This document shows, piece after piece, positions 1-13,955 of a DNA stretch of 64,000 nt. Both the position numbers and the translations under genes were made by a program. The notes under the pieces were generated by a model. It was not told the DNA's origin, made no database searches, and worked only from the letters and a program-made list of their open reading frames with translations. Source of the DNA: Eledone cirrhosa (Eukaryota); NCBI GenBank assembly GCA_964016885.1, contig OZ024743.1, forward strand, positions 258,044,001 to 258,108,000, given 5' to 3'. Positions within the stretch are counted from its first letter, which is position 1. Each line of letters starts with the position of its first letter.

Positions 1-399
1 AATTTTAGTCTTCATCATCATCGCCATCTTCTTTCTCCTCCCCCTCTTCTTCCTCTGTTTCCTTTTCATGTTATGGCTGCTTCTCTGTACTCGCATGTGC
101 TGGATGAGTCTTCTCCAGTATACAGCATCACTCAACTTATTTCTTACCTTAGTCATCTCTTTTGTGAGGTTTTTGAGATCAGCTTTCAAAACATCTGCCC
201 ATGACCTCCTTTCACTTGCAACACTTGGTACTTCTTCACCTAACCATTATCTTTATCATCATTTTTACATGTTTTTCCATGGCTCACATGGATTAGGCAG
301 GACTCCATGTAGATTAGATGGAACTCCACATGGATTAGACATACTCTGCGTGGATTTGAAAGGATTTGGTGTGGATTAGACAGGACATTTCCAGTATAG

Positions 400-835
400 C
401 TCCTCACCACTTGTCAAATTCCTTTGTCATCTCTTTTGTAAACCCCAGCATTTTGAGATCATTTTTCATCACCTTGGCCCACATTGCTTTTGGTCTACAT
501 CTTCCATGGCTTACTTCCATCTGGAACTCCTAGCAGTTCTTCTCCCAATAATCATGTCCATACCAATGCAACCTAACTCCAGCACACCATGTTTAATTCC
601 TTTTATATCTAGTTTTTCTCTGAACTCATCCTTGCTTTGCTGTTCATGAACAATAACATTACATACCCAGCGAAGTATGTTTGAATCATTTCTTGCTAGC
701 TTTTTCATATTCTCTACATTTAAGGCCCATGACTCACTATCATACAGCATTGCACTATGTACACAGACATCATACAGTTTACCCTTTGCTCCGAGCAAGA
801 AGCCTTTAATTATCAACATAGATAGTAGCTCCCTA
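400..835 (-). mobile_element. Degenerate RTE-clade LINE fragment (RT C-terminal region)
   Basis: ORF 511..819 KGKLYDVCVHSAMLYDSESWAL aligns by eye with KGRLYDACIRTAMLHGSETWAL of the long ORF at 25.4-27.9 kb. Confidence 0.8.
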
Positions 836-1015
836 AACGAAACAACAAATGGGAAAAAAAATTAACAAAAATCAATGACATAAACAGGGATTCGCCTGTC
901 ATCAACTGTCAATTTGATATCTTTGGACTTATTGTTATGACACCAATAACAATACTACTTCATCTGACACTGTGAAAAATGTTAAAAATTAATTTTAACA
1001 CTGCTCGGAAGTTGT

Positions 1016-1045
<30 letters not shown>

Positions 1046-1046
<1 letters not shown>

Positions 1047-1230
1047 CATCATCATCATCATCATCATCTTCGTTTAACGTCCACTTTCCACTCTAGCATG
1101 GGTTAGACGGGAGTTGTCCCACTTGAGGCAAGGTTGGTCGGGTGACCGTGTCTCGCTCATATAGGACTATCTGGCAGGTTTTCTACAGCTGGATGCGCTT
1201 CCTAACACCAACCACATTTACAGTGTGGAA
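1046..1230 (-). mobile_element. RTE LINE 3' tail with (GAT)n terminus
   Basis: (CAT)n followed by the reverse complement of the tail seen at 28040-28207 and 52500-52660. Confidence 0.8.
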
Positions 1231-1408
1231 CTGAGAACTTTTTACCCGCACCACCAACTTATCAGCACACTCACCCACCCACATACACTACAGGCAGAAA
1301 CATCCCTCTGAATTAACCCACCAATCAAAGCAAATTTCCCTGACCACCATAGGAACATCAGACTTTCTCATACGCCATGTATAATCATTTTTTCATTACC
1401 ATGTAAGC

Positions 1409-1493
1409 GGTCTGACGAGCCGTGGATTACAGAGTCGGGCTAGATCAATACAGATCAAACCTTGAGCTGATCAGTAGCGAAATAGTTGTCACC
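1409..1493 (+). ncRNA. Type I hammerhead ribozyme motif with long stem-loop II, in a Penelope-like remnant (about 1400-1646)
   Basis: ggt CTGACGA gc..(56 nt)..gc GAAA tagttG TC acc. Core intact, stem I ggt/acc, stem III quasi-palindrome ATAGTTGT. AATAAA follows and the element ends in (TA)n. Confidence 0.65.
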
Positions 1494-1660
1494 AACCAAT
1501 AAATGGAATGAAGGAGTAACCAATTGTCCTTGTTTTATTTTACTATAATACACTCTGTCTAGCTCTACACCTCGACACAGAAGTGAACCTAAACATCGAG
1601 TGCTCACCCGGATGACCCTACAGTGACCCCAAGTTACACTCCTTGGATATATATATATAT

Positions 1661-1988
1661 ATGGCTTAGTGGTTAGAGCATTGGCCTTGCAATCAAAAGG
1701 TTGTGAGTTCAATTCTCAGATCGGGTGATGTGTTGTTTCCTTGAGCAAGACACTTTATTTCACATTGCTCCAGTTTACTCAGCTGTAGAAATGAGATGAT
1801 AGGGACTGGGATCCATATCATTCCACTGCAAAGTGGTCGTGGAGGTGCCACAGCAAAAAAGCACCTAGCACCCACTGTAAATGAGGTTGGTGTTAAGAAG
1901 GGCATCCAGCTGTAGAAATCAAGCCAGAATCAGTTCCCGTCCCACTCTTGCAAGCAGGGAAAAGCGGACGTAAAATGATGATGATGAT
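1661..1988 (+). mobile_element. tRNA-derived SINE with RTE-derived 3' tail (family A)
   Basis: A-box TGGCTTAGTGG and B-box GTTCAATTC, central body, tail near-identical to the RTE 3' UTR, (GAT)n end. Near-identical copies at 22959 and 43520. Confidence 0.85.
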
Positions 1989-1989
1989 A

Positions 1990-2320
1990 TATGAAGTTGA
2001 TATGCTCCTGTGATTGTGAAATGTTAGTGTGCATGAACATGGTAGCAAGCATAAGTCAACTAAGAGAACAATTAGATATAAATGAAATCCAATGTAGTTC
2101 AAAAGAGAGAAGACCGAGATGGTTTGGACACATGATGTGTATGGAAGATGACAGCTGTATAAAGAGGTTCAGAAGAATTTCAGTGGGTAGGACGCATGGA
2201 AGTAGATCAAGGAAGACCTAGGAGAAACTAGTAATGACCAATCTTAGGAAGCTGAATCCAAGACTAGACTATGAGGATTAGTGACATGTTGAACTAGAGA
2301 AGACCTGCCTACCAACATAA
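1990..2320 (+). mobile_element. Degenerate RTE LINE 3' ORF fragment
   Basis: ORF 1991..2221 ERRPRWFGHMMCMEDDSCIKR. Confidence 0.75.
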
Positions 2321-2557
2321 AATGTAACCTGACCCATCCATATACCCTACCCATAGAAACTATCCTTACCATTACTGTACTCCCCAAACAACTCTCACAC
2401 TGCCTCCATACTGCATCAACCCCATTTGAATTCTAAAGCAGCAGTCATAATTTTTGTGGCTGTGGAGAGAGAGAGAGAGTGTGTGTGTGTGTGTGTTTGC
2501 AGGAATGTATGTCAGAATGATACAGCCTTAACCTATCTGATAAGTCAGTAACTTCGA

Positions 2558-2786
2558 TTAACCCTTTAGTATTCACATTACAATATATATACTATGATAT
2601 TTTCGCAGTAAAGGCTTTCTTTTACATAATTATCTCACATAATATCGAATCTCTGAGATTTTGATATTATTTATTTTGAGAACAATACTTTAACATCAGT
2701 ATGAGTGGCAAGTTACAGCTGGTTTGAACAGAAAGAAGTGAGATAATTCTGGCCGGATATGTCCAGTTTAAATGCTAAAGGGTTAA
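2558..2786. mobile_element. piggyBac-type (TTAA) MITE, family 1
   Basis: TTAA-CCCTTTAG...CTAAAGGG-TTAA termini; homologous copy at 33503-33718. Confidence 0.75.
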
Positions 2787-2822
2787 GTACTGACTTGCTC
2801 TGTTATGAAATTTATTGAGAAT

Positions 2823-3316
2823 TATGAAGGATGACAGCTGCATAAAAAAGTGCAGAGCACTAGAAGTCGATGGAAGCCGCGGAGTGGGGAGACCCAAGAA
2901 GACCTGGGATGAGGTGATAAAGGCCGACCTTACCCAATTACACCTCACAAAGGCGATGACACACGACCGTGACCCCCCCCCCCCCCCACGGGTACAAGCC
3001 GAAGCTGAAGCATATAGACAATATGCCCCCACACCCTCCCACTGCAAAGTGGTTGTGGAGGTGCCACGGCAAAAAAGCACCCAGCCCACACTGTAAAGTG
3101 GACGTGTAGGCACAACGGAAAAAAAGCACCCAGCACTCACTGTAAATGAGGTTGGTGTTAAGAAGGGCATCCAGCTATAGAAATCAAGCCAGAATCAGTT
3201 CCTGTATGAGCAAGGCATGGTCAGCCGACCGGACACTGCCCACAACAGGACAACCCATCTAACCCATGCTAGTGTGGAAGAATGGACGTAAAATGGTGAT
3301 GATGATGATGGATGAT
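2823..3316 (+). mobile_element. 5'-truncated RTE LINE (ORF end, 3' UTR, (GAT)n)
   Basis: MKDDSCIKKCRALEVDGSRGVGRPKKTWDEVIKADL nearly identical to the end of ORF 25421..27907. Confidence 0.9.
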
Positions 3317-4217
3317 TTCAGAAAATATACAAGGTAAACGATGTTAAGAGATTATCAATATGAAAATTGCTTTCTTGGATTATGAAAGTGTCTGAGTAAA
3401 TAAATGGGAATTTTTGTCAAATCCACATATGGAAACATTTAAAAATGTTGATTTTGTCATACTTATTCCAGCCATAAGCTAAAAATAAAAATAATTCTCT
3501 TTCAAATACCCTATTGAAGCATCATGACAAGACATGTGTTGCTACTTCCGATAGAAATCACGTTTATATGTCCCTACTTCCTTTATCAAACATGTTTTCA
3601 TAGCACTGGGAAATTGATGAGAGAGTGGGAAGACGAAAGGAGAGAGGGGGAGACAGAGACAGGTATATGGTTAAGTCATTTGTTGACTAAGATTGAAATA
3701 TTTCCGGCTAACTAACTTTGTATCCCTAAAATTTCAGTTCATTCATATAAGTGTGTATGTGTGTGTGTATATATATATATATATCGGGGAAAATGGACAT
3801 TAAATGATGATGATTATATATACTGAAACACACTCACACACATAGTGAGAAAAGGAGAGAAATGCATATAGTGGCAAAACAGACATTAGATAATGATGAA
3901 GATACATACACACACATGTGTAATATATATATATATTGCAAACGTGTGTTTTAATATGTAAGGAAACAAAGAATCAGTATTGCATCATATACATATTTAA
4001 TTACATATCACATGTTTCACTGACAATCAGTTCAAGGAATGATCCATCAATGATTGAACCTGACTCTGGAATTGGAAACTCCAAGATGATCGTTCTAAGG
4101 CAATGTCTTCTCAGTTATTTCCTCTGATTTAACAAAAAATTATTAAAGCTCATTTGATGCAGTCTTTAGACATGAGTTTTGGCTTATGCTTTGGCCATTT
4201 TCCTTTGATTAACCTCC

Positions 4218-4248
<31 letters not shown>

Positions 4249-4514
4249 ATATATATATCATCATCGCCGTTTTACATCCATTCTTCCACACTAGCATGGG
4301 TTAAACAAGTTGTCCTGTTGTGGTCAATACCATGTCTTGCTCATACAGAACTGATGTTGGCTTGATTTCTACAGCTGGATGCCCTTCCTAACACTAACCT
4401 CATTTACAGTGAGTACTGGGTGCATTTTACCGTGGTGCCTACATGACCACTTTACATATCTATATATATTTCAATCATGGAAAAGCGAACATAAAAATGA
4501 TTATATATATATCT

Positions 4515-4797
4515 AAAAGTCTAAAGTCTGTCTTAAGCCAGAAGACTCATTTGGCCGGTGCTTATCCTGGTTTCATGGCGTGAAGCGACTGAGAGTACAA
4601 GACTACCCCCTGGACAGGACGCCAGTCCATCGCAGGGTTAAACCTCCAGCTATTGCTGGTACTCATTTTCAGCTGAGTATACTGGAGCAATGTGAAATGA
4701 AGTGTTTTGCTCAAGAACACAACACACAACCCAGGAATCGAGCCCACGACATTATGATCGTAAGTCCAACACCCTTACCACTAGGTCACGTGCCTCC
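4515..4797 (-). mobile_element. tRNA-derived SINE, family B (non-RTE tail)
   Basis: Minus strand GGAGGCACGTGACCTAGTGG...GCTCGATTCC head, same central body as family A, then CCCTGCGATGGACTGGCGTCCTGTCCAGGGG domain; degenerate copy at about 41860-42100. Confidence 0.8.
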
Positions 4798-6139
4798 ACA
4801 TATATATATGTATATATATATAGAGAGAGAGAGAGAGAGAAAAATTAAATCAAACAACGCCTACATACTTATACAATTTTTATTCGCTAACAATGTTTCA
4901 TCCATACTGTGGGGCAGAATCCTCAGAGCATAATCAATAAAAACATAGTGCTGAATATAAGCTCTACCAAGCTTAGTCACCAGAACAGTAGAGAAACTGT
5001 ACAGGATAGCATGAGGGAGATTGGATATGAGAAGGGTTTATTATATATATATATATATATGTGTGTATGTACGTGTATGTCAGCACATATTGGGACATGT
5101 GCAAATATGTGGTGTTTGTGGCTATATGTACCTAGAAAAATAAACGAGCACATGTATGTAATCTGATATCAATGCTCTAAGTGAATAATATTAGTAAAAT
5201 TAAAAGTAATGCAGCTTATGAGCTTCCATAGAGTTTTATAATTTTAGCTCATTTTTACTGCAGTTAAATTTGATCATAACTTCAGTGAATAAATATTATT
5301 GTATATGCTCTAATTTCACTTATATATTCATGTCAAAACACAAGTGCTGAAAATACCAGTCAAACTAACCACTAGATATCTGTACTGTTAAAATAATTCC
5401 TACACTTCTAGCTATCCACAATTTTAACACTATTTTAAAGTTTATTTCCCTTCAAAGGGAAATAAACTTTGTCTACATTTTCAAATCTTCACTGATGGAG
5501 ACTTAAGAACACATTTGGTAAATAAATACCTTTTCTATATTATATATAATTGATTCTGCTGAGTTCTCTACAAAGGTATTAAATGCCACATCTTTTATAG
5601 TAGAATGAAACATATGTAAATCAAATAAATAATGTATTAATATGTTAAACCCTGGTGATCCTTTCATTTTATATATATGCTCTGCGATCTGCAAATCTAT
5701 GATGACCGGAAATCTAGAAATTGGATTTATCTCTGAACTATCTTTCACCAATCTAGATATTGACAAAATTACATTAGAGCTTTAAACATCTGAATGCCTT
5801 ATACAGTTGTATCATCTCATATAATTGACCATATATATATATATATATACACACAGAGAAATAATTTCCACAGGACTATAACTCTTTCATTTGTATGAAA
5901 TTATCATTTCTGTATATAATGAATATGCCTATACTCCACCAATGTAGATGTGGTCCTTATAGTTGAATCCATAAAAGTTCCAACTATGGAAACAGAATTT
6001 AAAATGAAAAGGGCTGAGAGTAAACTTAGAAAAAACTCAAGTGTTAGTAAGAAGGAAATGAAACAGGACTCTGATCCCATCAGAAAAATGGCTCTGCTTG
6101 ATATGCAGAAAAGAAGTAGGCAGAAATTATATATGATGT

Positions 6140-7101
6140 ACACAATGCAAAAGTGTAGTGGGATATCAGGCAGACTAACAGAAAGGAAGACTTTGGATGT
6201 AGAATATGCACAAGGATAGTCAATGGGAAGGTCATCAATCATAAGAAGGATCTATTGAAATGGTTGATATCTTCTGCTATCTAGGTGACATAATTAGCAA
6301 TGGAAGAGGGTGCTCCAAGAGCATAATAGCTAGAATAAGGGTAGGATGGAAGAACTTTAGAAACTATCCCCACTGCTAATAACAAAAGCTTCCCCCTTAT
6401 ATGCAAAAGGATGGCTGTATGATGCCTGTGTCTGACGTGCAATGCTGCATGGTAGTGAAACTTGGGTAGTGACTGTAGAAAACATGCAAAAGATGAAGAG
6501 AAATAAGGCAACCATACCTTTTTGGATGTGCAATGTAAATATGTGAGAATGGCAGAACTTGGATATAATGAGAAAGTGAGTTTAAAAGGAATCAGAAGTG
6601 GTTTGCATGAGAGAAGACTACATTGGTACAGATATGTGATATATGTGGATGACGAAATGCCAGGAAATTCCAATGGAAAGAAGCCACAGTAGATGTAGAC
6701 CAAGGATGATCTGGGGGGTGGTGGCGAGAGCTGATCTTATATCGGTGAGATTCACAGAGAGGATGAAGGGAAATGACGAGTAATATGACACATAACTGCC
6801 CAGTTCACCCTGTATGGTGGCATGCTGGTGGCATGACAAGAAGCACTTAGTCCACCCTCTAAGGCGGTCATGCTGTTAACAATAAAAATGTAATCTGTCC
6901 AATCAGTCAGCTAGTCATTTTGGTGCCACAATAAAAAGGATCCAGTCAAAGCTGCATATGTGGTTGGCATTAGTAAGACCCTCCAGTCATAGGAACCAAA
7001 TCAGAAGCAATTCTGTATGAGCAAGACATTTACCTGATCTGACTTGTCTCTAAACCAGACAACTCATCTATCCCATGCTAGCATGGGAAGTGGTGGTGAT
7101 G
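6140..7101 (+). mobile_element. Old degenerate RTE LINE 3' fragment
   Basis: Frameshifted CSGISG / FCYLGD / AMLHGSETW motifs followed by a decayed 3' UTR. Confidence 0.75.
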
Positions 7102-7588
7102 ATATATACATGTGTGTGTGTGTGTGCATATCATAAATATTGAAATGATCAAAAAGTCATTGCGAAATTCAATCCCATTACATTTTTCTCTTGTTTTATT
7201 TATTGATTTATAAGGTTAATCAGAGGAGGTTGTGAGTTCAATTTCCAGACCAGGATGCCTTTTTTAGGGGAGGAGGGGGGGGGTCATGAGACTGGCATTC
7301 CTACTATTAAAAAAACACACACACACATTCCTACTATTAAAAACACACACACACACACACAATTATATATATATATTATTAGGTTATGCAAGAAATGCTT
7401 AGGATTATCCTGAATGCAGTAATGGTTAATTACTACACTAGATAGAGTTGACGTATGGTGAGGTGTTACTCAACGAGTTATGGAAGAATAGTTGAAGAAA
7501 CTCAGTTTCTGATCCTTCTGTATTCCGGAGTGTAGATAAAGAATGAATAATAACAGGTAGACATCATAAAAAGGTAATTTATTCTGAG

Positions 7589-7701
7589 TGCTTACAAATG
7601 TTTCAACAGTAGTTATACAGCCTAGTCATGCTATGTGCAAATTGGTAATTATTTGCAGAAACTCAATTTTCAAATGCTGCTTCTACCGTTTTCTCAGAGC
7701 A
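7589..7701 (-). ncRNA. Hammerhead motif with 70-nt loop II; core variant CTGAGAA, probably inactive
   Basis: Minus strand tgct CTGAGAA aacggtag..70 nt..ctactgtt GAAA catttG TA agca; 8-bp stem II, 4-bp stem I; element flanked by (TA)n. Confidence 0.6.
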
Positions 7702-7786
7702 GAATGGTTAAAATGTAAATACCTTTGTATTTCATAAAGGGAGTTATTGGGGATGATAGAGTAGAAAAAGAAGAGAGAAAGAAGGG

Positions 7787-7880
<94 letters not shown>

Positions 7881-7932
7881 GTATATAATAAAACTGATGC
7901 CTCTACCATTAAAACACCCAAGAAATATCCTA

Positions 7933-8957
7933 TAAAAGTCCTCCAAGCCATAATAGAGGAGTTTAAGACTGGATGCCGATGGGAACTTCTCTATGCTGAT
8001 GATCTGGCTCTTATAGCAGAATCAGTAGAGGAGCTAGAGAATAAATTCTGGCTATGGAAACAGCAGTTGGAATCAAAAGGACTGAGAGTGAACCTAGCTA
8101 AGACAAAAATGTTGATAAGTAGAAGAGAAGACAATACTCCGATTCCATCAGGGAAATGGCCATGTTTGATATGTAGGAAAGGAACTGACATAAATTCCAT
8201 AAAATGTAAGCAATGCAGATCTTGGGTACACAAAAGATGTAGTGGGATAGCAGGCTAAGTAACAGGTAGGGAAAACTATGTATGCAGTAGATGTACAGGG
8301 AAAGTTGGCAGTAGTAATCGCAGTGACAGACACATTTTTCCAATGCGGGTGGGTTCTATAGAAGTGGTTGATAGCTTCCGGTACCTAGGTGATCAGATTA
8401 AGATGGGAGAGGGTGTTCCGAGGCTATAGTATCTAGAATAAGGACGGGCTGGAAGAAGTTTAGGGAGCTGCTTCCTTTGTTGACAAAGAAGTGTTTCTTC
8501 CTCATACGAAAGGACGGTCGTATGATGCCTGTGTGAGATGCGCGATGCTGCATGGTAGTGAGACATGGGCAGCAACTGCAGAGGATATGCGACAGCTGGA
8601 GAGAAATGAAGCAAGTATGCTTCATTGGATGTGCAATGTCAATGTGCGTGAATGTCCAAGCATAGATGAGTTGAGAAAGAAACTGGGTATAAGAGGGATA
8701 AGTTGTGGTGTGCAGGAGAGAAGGCTGAGATGGTATGAGCATGGAGGATGACAAGAAATCCCAGTAGAAGGAAGATGCAGAGGAGGTAGACCACGTAAAA
8801 CATGGGCGGAGGGGGTGAGAACAGACCTCAGATCGCTGAAACTCACCAAGGAGATGACAAAGGACCGTGACAAGTGGAGAGATGCTGTGCTGAATAGGAC
8901 CCATAAACCCTTGCAAGCAGGGAAAAGCGGACGTAAAATGATGATGATGGTGATGAT
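7933..8957 (+). mobile_element. RTE LINE fragment: RT (YADD) with PHD-like finger to 3' end
   Basis: WELLYADDLALIAES...GLRVN...CLICRKG...CKQCRSWVHKRC; stops and frameshifts; (GAT)n tail. Confidence 0.9.
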
Positions 8958-9592
8958 TTTTATCTGTATTCAATAGCAGATGAAATCCCATCCCACCCTA
9001 CTCCCAAACCTTACAGTAGACCGTTAGCTCCCAGCCAACCATTTGTGTGACCTGGTTCCTTTTCCTGTGTAGAGCTGTAGGGGAAAATGTAAAGGTCACA
9101 CATCATATTATTTTTTTTTTTTTTACTAAACTATACAGAGATCTAATTAAAATTGCCTCAAGTTGGAGATAAAATCAATTAGTTTCTTCTACAACACTTA
9201 TGTGATAAATAAAATATTGGCTCTTTAATTCCTTTGTGTCATATTTATATTCTTCATTGAATACATGCTGTAAAGTGGTAGGTGTTAGGAAGGGTAACCA
9301 GCCATATAAACCATGTTCCCAATACATGTTTTAAAGCGGTTGGTGTTAAGAAGGGCATCCAGCCATAGAAATCAAGCTAAAACAAAGCATACAAGCAGGA
9401 CCTAGTCATCTGACCAGTCTAGCCTTAGAACGAAACAGCTCTTCATGCAAGCATGGAAAATAGACATCAAATGGTGATAGTGATGAATCTCGGTGTATCT
9501 TATCATGTATACATCACACATGCCAGATGAATTTGAAACAAAAAGTTACACAAAATGTTCAACATGTAGTGCATGAAGAAATGTAAATAAAT

Positions 9593-11075
9593 TTACAGCT
9601 CACAACTATGTACCCTATATTCGTCAATCTTAATAGCTGGTCCCTCTGTTGGGTCTACTGGGGGTAATTTCTCTCTGTCCCATTCTTTCTCCACATTCAT
9701 CAGTCTCTCATAGTGACATTTCCAGGCCTTCTTTTTTTGATCATTCGAAACACTAAGTACACTGGTATCATTCCGGACACATTTATCTCCAACAACATCC
9801 TGATTTGCACTGACACACTGCCTTGCAATGCGGAACACCGCACGTCTCTCATCTTCCCGTCGCAGAACATTGGCAAACCTCCTACTCTCAGCCTCCCTGC
9901 GTGCTAAGTACACCTGAGATCTAGCTTCTCTCTTAGCGGCTGTGTATCCTTCCCTACTCCCACCCTTTTTCCAAGCCTTCCATACCAGTCTTTTGTCTCT
10001 AATGGCCCTATCTACCGTGCTGTTCCACCACCAGGTCACTCTCTGTCTGGTTGAAGCTCTGCCCCAACCACAAGTTTCTTCAGTAGCCTGCAGTAAGTTC
10101 TCACGTAAGAAAGTCCAGTTATCATCTATGTCATACAACTCTAAATCATCTTCTTTTTCGTTGTACGCATCTTGAAGGGCTTTCCTAAATTTATATTTTA
10201 ATGAAAGGTCTTTTAGCTTCCAGACCTTTCTTTTCCACACCTTCCTGTATGTCTCATTCTTTCTCATGCTTACTAAGATGTCACTAACGACTAACCTATG
10301 CTGTGGGGTACATTCTTCCCCGGGGTATGCCTTAGTATTTGACACCATCTGTCTGTCTCGTTGTCTAACTAGCATGATGTCAATCTGGCTTATGTGCTCG
10401 CCTGATTTGTAGGTTATTATGTGGTTGGTAGGCTTCTGGAAGTTAGTGTTGCAAATGGTTAGTGCATTTGCATCACAAAATTCAAGAAGCCTCACTCCTT
10501 CTTCATTTCTTGTACCCCAGTATATCCATCCTGGAGCTGTCCAACATGTCCATTGAAGTCCCCTGCTAGTATAACGATGTCTCTGTCCTCTGTCATTGAG
10601 GCTGTTTGTAAAAGTTGCTCGTAAAAGCAGTCTGTCTCTTCTTTACCTAGGCCTGCCTGGGGAGCATAGGCAGAGATGATTGTCAGTAGTCTCCTGCCTA
10701 CAACTAATCTAAGCTTAATTATTCTATCACTAACTCTAACTACCTCTATTGTCTTATTGATCCACCTCTCAGCCAGTAATATGCCCACCCCACCTAACCC
10801 ATCATCATTACCCACCCAGAAAAGCTTATAACTATGATGTTTGCCTGCGATTGGTTTTGCAGAGGCACCTCTCCATCTCACCTCTTGCACACAGCACACA
10901 GCCACATGCCTTCTCTCCAGCATCTCTGCTATCTCACCAGATCTACCTGTTAGAGTGCCAACATTAAGTGTGGCAACTCTGAGATGCGACGTCTCGTTCT
11001 TTTTCCTGTTGTGCGATTGCTTGATGACGGTTGTGGGGTTCTCACACATGGACTCACTAGCCACCCCACTACCGT
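9593..11075 (-). mobile_element. RTE LINE 5' portion: APE endonuclease plus linker, lacking RT
   Basis: ORFs 10492..11064 (RVATLNVGTL, CCVQEVRW, SAYAPQ, GDFNGHVG) and 9593..10495 (QIDIML, QHRLVV, TWWWN), separated by a deletion/frameshift. Confidence 0.92.
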
Positions 11076-11099
11076 AATATAATAATGTAATATATTAAT

Positions 11100-11248
11100 T
11101 GTTTCTACTTTTGGCACAAGGCCAGCAATTATCCCAGTATTACTGGTACTTTATTTTATCGACTCCGTAAGGATGAAAGGCATAAAGGGCTGTAACTCTT
11201 TGCTGCAAAGCATGGCGTCCAACCCTCTGCCGATACTGCCAATCCACC
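11100..11248 (-). mobile_element. SINE family C (Nin-domain-like) fragment
   Basis: Reverse complement of CCTTTCATCCTT..GTCGATAAAATAAAGTACCAG..AATTGCTGGCCTTGTGCC; many related copies (13450, 14922-15495, 16555, 33115, 37125, 47915, 49950). Confidence 0.7.
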
Positions 11249-11340
11249 TGGTATCTAACTGGATGAAACATGTAAATAGTACAGGGTTCTGTAAATATGA
11301 AGTCTAAATAGTGCAAATTAATTAGATACACAGAAACACG

Positions 11341-11402
<62 letters not shown>

Positions 11403-11604
11403 GTCTAACCCATGCTAGCGTGGAAAATGGACGTTAAACGAAGATGATGATGATGATGATACACCTATTAGCACTCACACACATATATAAACATATACAC
11501 ACACACACATACATATACATATCTATGTAAATATAGACATAGATATATAGATATATTTACACACCTGCATTTATACACACACACATATATATAAATATAT
11601 AATC

Positions 11605-11635
<31 letters not shown>

Positions 11636-11682
11636 AATGAAGAGTAACATGGTAGGCTGTACAATAAGGGGCTTTATTTAAA

Positions 11683-11793
11683 GTACTGACAATTGTTTCG
11701 TTGATCAGGTGAGTCTAGAGTTCGCTAATCGCTAGAAGTTGCATCACTCGATCTCCAATACATTATTTACCTCTGGTCAACACATCAGAGTAC
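11683..11793 (-). ncRNA. Hammerhead motif with 64-nt loop II (A9 lost or substituted)
   Basis: Minus strand gtact CTGATGT gttgaccag..64 nt..ctgatcaac GAAA caattG TC agtac; perfect 5-bp stem I, palindromic stem III ACAATTGT; AATAAA downstream. Confidence 0.7.
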
Positions 11794-12277
11794 GTAGGTA
11801 TAAAAATAATTCACTCGAGGCAAGACATATATAGAAGAATAGCGTATAATCAAAACAATAACATCAATAATAAAACATATATGGTAAATAGGTAGAGAAG
11901 TTACAGATGTAAAAAGTAAAAAGTAAAAGATAAGATAGGGTACATTAAAAAAGTAAGAAAATGAAAAAAGGGAAAATATAAAGAAATAAATAACCATGTT
12001 ACTCTTCATTCTTTCACTATTATTACTCCAAGTATAACCTGCATAGAAATTACCGCGAACTTGCTGCATAACTATGGAAGCATCTTGTTGAGTCAAACAA
12101 AGCAGTACGTTAAAACTATCCACGACGCAGAGTACTTACAACCTCTAACTGGATTACCTATAACGATAACTTGTTATCCCATATATATATATATATATAA
12201 CGAAGGAGGTATGGTAAGGAACCAGATGGGCCATAATGCACCAGAGTACTCAATACTTAGGGTAGTAGAGTGGGTAA

Positions 12278-12475
<198 letters not shown>

Positions 12476-13854
12476 TTCACAAACACACATAGATACATAC
12501 TGACACATGTATACATACATAGGTTGATTTGTCAAATCAATAGTATTTCAATCTTTAGCTGATAACATTTTTTGTCTGTATAGTTTTGTGTTGTTAGTGT
12601 TGGTGGTATTGGTATTGTTGGTCATGTTGGCAGTGTTGTGTGAATTAGGGTGTAGCATCGATGCTCATACCAATGGTACTCACGAATGTCACTAAGACAA
12701 AGATTCATGTTCAGCCTTCTATCAAAGGTAGAAAGTCATGTAAAACTTATTCATAGGAATAACCCACATCATATGTGGTCTGATTCTGTCACTGTTTTTT
12801 CCTCCTCTTTCATGTTAATATTTAGAACAATCTGACAATTGGGCTTTCAAAGTAGCATGAATGCGTGCAAGGAAATTTGATCATGTATGAACTTATTTCA
12901 TAAGGTTTTAACCTTTTTAGTTCCATATATCTAATGAAAGACTCTGTCTATGGTTTTCAAATAGTTTTGAAACTACTCAAGTATTTGGAGGGATTTCATA
13001 TTATTAACTCAACAAAGCTTCTTAAATATAATTATAATGGAGGGTTTTTAGACGTATATAAACAATTTAATCCTTTCTAATAAAAGATACTATAGGGCTT
13101 CACTTTCCAAACTAATTGCAATTTTATATTGTAGTTATGCTCTAGGCCCGAATACCAGGTTATTCATGTTACCATCCCAAAATTGCACAAATGTGGTCAA
13201 TATCACCTAACATCAAGTTAATTCCAGTGGTTATTGGAGTTTTGCATTTGATACCATTAAAACTGAGGGTATCTTAAGCAAATAATCCTAGACTCACCAA
13301 CTGTTCTCCTACAAAACACTTCCCAAGAAAGTATTATCAGTCTAAAGTTCATTTTAAGACTTAACAGAGATTAGAAGATAGTAATTATATTGACTGTGCA
13401 ATTCATCAATAATGATAATGAAGATGATGATGGTCGCTGATGTAGGTGCAAGACCAGTAGTTTCCGGGGAGGGTCAAGTCAATTATATTGATCTCAGTAC
13501 TTAACGGGTTTATTTTATCAACCCTAGTAGGATTTGAACTCAGAATGTAAATAACCCAAACAAAATACCATGTGACATTTTCTCTAATGTTTTAGCAATT
13601 CTGCTAATCCACAATTCTTATGGCATGGAATAAGGGAAACTGAATGCCACTCTTATCCTCCTTTCTCGATATGAATCCTTTGTATAATCTTTTCCAACAT
13701 GGTTTTAAAAAACATGTCTGTCGCAAAAAAGTTTACCATTTTATATATTTTTTTCAAATTACTTCCTTCAGACTACTAATCACTTGGGTTTAGGTTTTCA
13801 AATGAGACCCACCTCCACTCTCTCACACACACACACATACACACACACTTGCTC

Positions 13855-13955
13855 CCAACCCCTTAACTAAACTTCTGCCAAACCCTTCAACCCAACTTCT
13901 ACCAAATCCTTCAACCCCACTTCTGCCAAACCCTTCAACCCCACCTCTGCCAAAG
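13855..13955. repeat. Minisatellite of about 24 bp (aaacccttcaaccccacttctgcc), about 4 copies
   Basis: Direct repeats visible in the sequence. Confidence 0.8.

Noticed and set aside
1661-1735. tRNA-like sequences (also 23260-23329, 28548-28620, 43520-43590)
   Set aside because: SINE heads lacking a proper acceptor stem; not tRNA genes
5503-5766. 87-aa ORF faintly resembling a Penelope GIY-YIG C-terminus
   Set aside because: Similarity too weak to support without a profile search
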